Part shown: positions 55,961 to 57,413 of the stretch, one piece after another | Layout of the letters: each line of letters starts with the position of its first letter | Numbering within the stretch: the first letter of the stretch is position 1 | Assembly: GCA_964448055.1 (NCBI GenBank) | Contig: CAYUVB010000001.1 | Span: forward strand, 45,436 to 102,848 | Direction: 5' to 3' | DNA from: an uncultured Desulfurococcales archaeon | GTDB taxonomy: Archaea; Thermoproteota; Thermoprotei_A; Sulfolobales; WANQ01 | Length of the DNA: 57,413 bases | The notes under the pieces: generated by a model | The model's database searches: none | Seen by the model: the letters and a program-made list of their open reading frames with translations, nothing else | What the model was told of the DNA's origin: nothing | Program-made: the position numbers and the translations under genes

Positions 55961-57391
55961 GTGTTGAGAGTCTATAATACTCTTAGTAGGAGTTTAGAAG
56001 TATTTGAGCCATTAAGACCTGGTATTGTACGAATGTATACTTGTGGGCCAACAGTTTATGACTATACACATTTAGGGCATGCAAGAACATATGTAGCTTT
56101 TGATGTTATTAAGAGATACCTAAGGCTTAAGGGTTATGATGTAATACATGTACAAAATATTACTGACATAGATGATAAGATAATTAATCGTGCAAAAGAA
56201 GAAGGGGTTTCTTGGAAAGAAATAGCGGACTACTATACTAAAGACTATCTTGAAGCATTGGAGAAACTTAACATAAAGATACATATACATCCAAGAGTAT
56301 CAGAGCATATCCAGGAAATAATAGAGTTCATTCAAGCTCTAATAGATAAAGGATATGCATATGTTGCACCCAGTGGTAGTGTTTACTTTGAAGTAGACAA
56401 GTACCCCTATTATGGTGAACTGAGTAGACGTTTTGAGAAAGAACATTGGAGACAAGAAACAGATGTATTAGCTGAAAAGAAGAAACCCTATGACTTCGCA
56501 TTATGGAAAGCAGCTAAGCCTGGCGAGCCTTGGTGGCCTAGTCCCTGGGGTAAGGGTAGGCCTGGATGGCACATAGAATGCAGTGCCATGAGTTCTAAGT
56601 ACTTAGGAGAACAATTTGATATACATGGTGGTGGCCAAGACCTTATATTTCCTCACCATGAAAACGAGAGAGCACAAAGTGAGGCTAGGTTTGGTAAAAG
56701 ACCATGGGTAAAATACTGGCTTCATACAGGATACCTCATGATACGTGGAGAGAAGATGAGTAAAAGCTTAGGCAATATTATAATACTAAAAGACTTATTC
56801 AAAGAATATGATCCAAGAATTATAAGACTTTGGCTAGCAACAGTGCATTACCGTAAACCAGTAGACTTTAACGAAGAAGCTATGGAGCAAGCCAAAAAGA
56901 ATCTTGAGCGTTTAATAGCATCAGTTGAATTATTAAAAAGGAAAATCAAAGAGACACCAGTAGCTCATAGACTAGGAGATAAAGAGTTAAAGATAATGTT
57001 AGAATTAGAGGAAATGAGAAGAGGATTCTATGAAGCAATGGATAATGATTTTAATGCTAGTGAAGCATTTAGCTATGTTTATAAGCTAACAACGATAGTA
57101 TTCCGTGATATACAATATATTGAAACCAATGCTCTGGCATTAAGAGCTTACCAGATACTATACGAGTTTAACCAAGTACTAGGAGTTCTTGACAAGGAAT
57201 TCGAGGAGAAAGCTATAGGTGAAGTAGCTATGGTGGAAGACCTCATAAACTTAATAGTAAAGGTTAGAAGTGAGTTAAGGAAAAGAAAGATATATGATTT
57301 AGCAGATAGTATTCGAAGCGAATTATCAAACCTTGGAATACAATTGATGGATAAAGGAGAAAAGACTACGTGGATTATCAGAAGGAAGTAG
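55961..57391 (+). CDS. cysS: cysteinyl-tRNA synthetase
   Basis: Class I HIGH variant ([17 protein letters not shown]), a zinc-site Cys (WHIECSAM) and KMSKS. GTG start. Confidence 0.93.
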   Translation: MLRVYNTLSRSLEVFEPLRPGIVRMYTCGPTVYDYTHLGHARTYVAFDVIKRYLRLKGYDVIHVQNITDIDDKIINRAKEEGVSWKEIADYYTKDYLEALEKLNIKIHIHPRVSEHIQEIIEFIQALIDKGYAYVAPSGSVYFEVDKYPYYGELSRRFEKEHWRQETDVLAEKKKPYDFALWKAAKPGEPWWPSPWGKGRPGWHIECSAMSSKYLGEQFDIHGGGQDLIFPHHENERAQSEARFGKRPWVKYWLHTGYLMIRGEKMSKSLGNIIILKDLFKEYDPRIIRLWLATVHYRKPVDFNEEAMEQAKKNLERLIASVELLKRKIKETPVAHRLGDKELKIMLELEEMRRGFYEAMDNDFNASEAFSYVYKLTTIVFRDIQYIETNALALRAYQILYEFNQVLGVLDKEFEEKAIGEVAMVEDLINLIVKVRSELRKRKIYDLADSIRSELSNLGIQLMDKGEKTTWIIRRK

Positions 57392-57413
57392 CCTAATCTA
57401 TATGATCTATAGT

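Noticed and set aside
1-57413. CRISPR arrays, rRNA/tRNA genes, transposases/integrases, inteins
   Set aside because: No regularly spaced direct repeats, no long GC-rich rRNA-like blocks, no cloverleaf-compatible GC islands and no transposase or integrase motifs were seen. The large housekeeping proteins (LysRS, CysRS, XPD, FeoB) have uninterrupted motif order.

Overview
This is a 57.4 kb AT-rich, densely packed chromosomal segment (mid-30s % GC by eye). It looks like a hyperthermophilic archaeon, probably a crenarchaeote of the Desulfurococcales/Sulfolobales type. The archaeal assignment rests on deoxyhypusine synthase, mevalonate kinase, archaeal-type FAD synthase (RibL) and CTP-dependent riboflavin kinase, a PAC2 proteasome-assembly protein, an XPD helicase, frequent GTG/TTG starts, 1-4 nt start/stop overlaps, and short GC-rich islands with C/D-box and H/ACA-box guide RNA architecture. 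About 60 protein genes are supported. Housekeeping genes include lysS (class II), cysS, sufC plus sufB/D, dys, mvk, ribL, ribK, htpX, a rhomboid protease, cutA and a feoB/feoC-like/dtxR-like/feoA iron locus. I saw no rRNA, tRNA, CRISPR array or transposase. Four regions deserve a second look. (1) 51679-54762 holds an orphan short BrxL-like AAA+ ATPase lacking a protease domain, translationally coupled to a 541-aa repeat protein of unknown function, with no other BREX genes in the window. (2) 20796-36146 is a ~15 kb envelope super-locus with two paralogous DUF4129/DUF58/polytopic-membrane modules but only one MoxR ATPase. These modules flank a surface-anchored Lon-like S16 protease with a Thr-rich stalk and a polyprenol-kinase/DUF92 pair. 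(3) Several guide-RNA candidates lie in GC-rich islands, the best being an H/ACA hairpin at 20043-20117 and a C/D sRNA at 36803-36880. (4) A DtxR-type iron-box palindrome sits in the divergent feoB/dtxR promoter. All family assignments come from motif recognition by eye; no database search was run.
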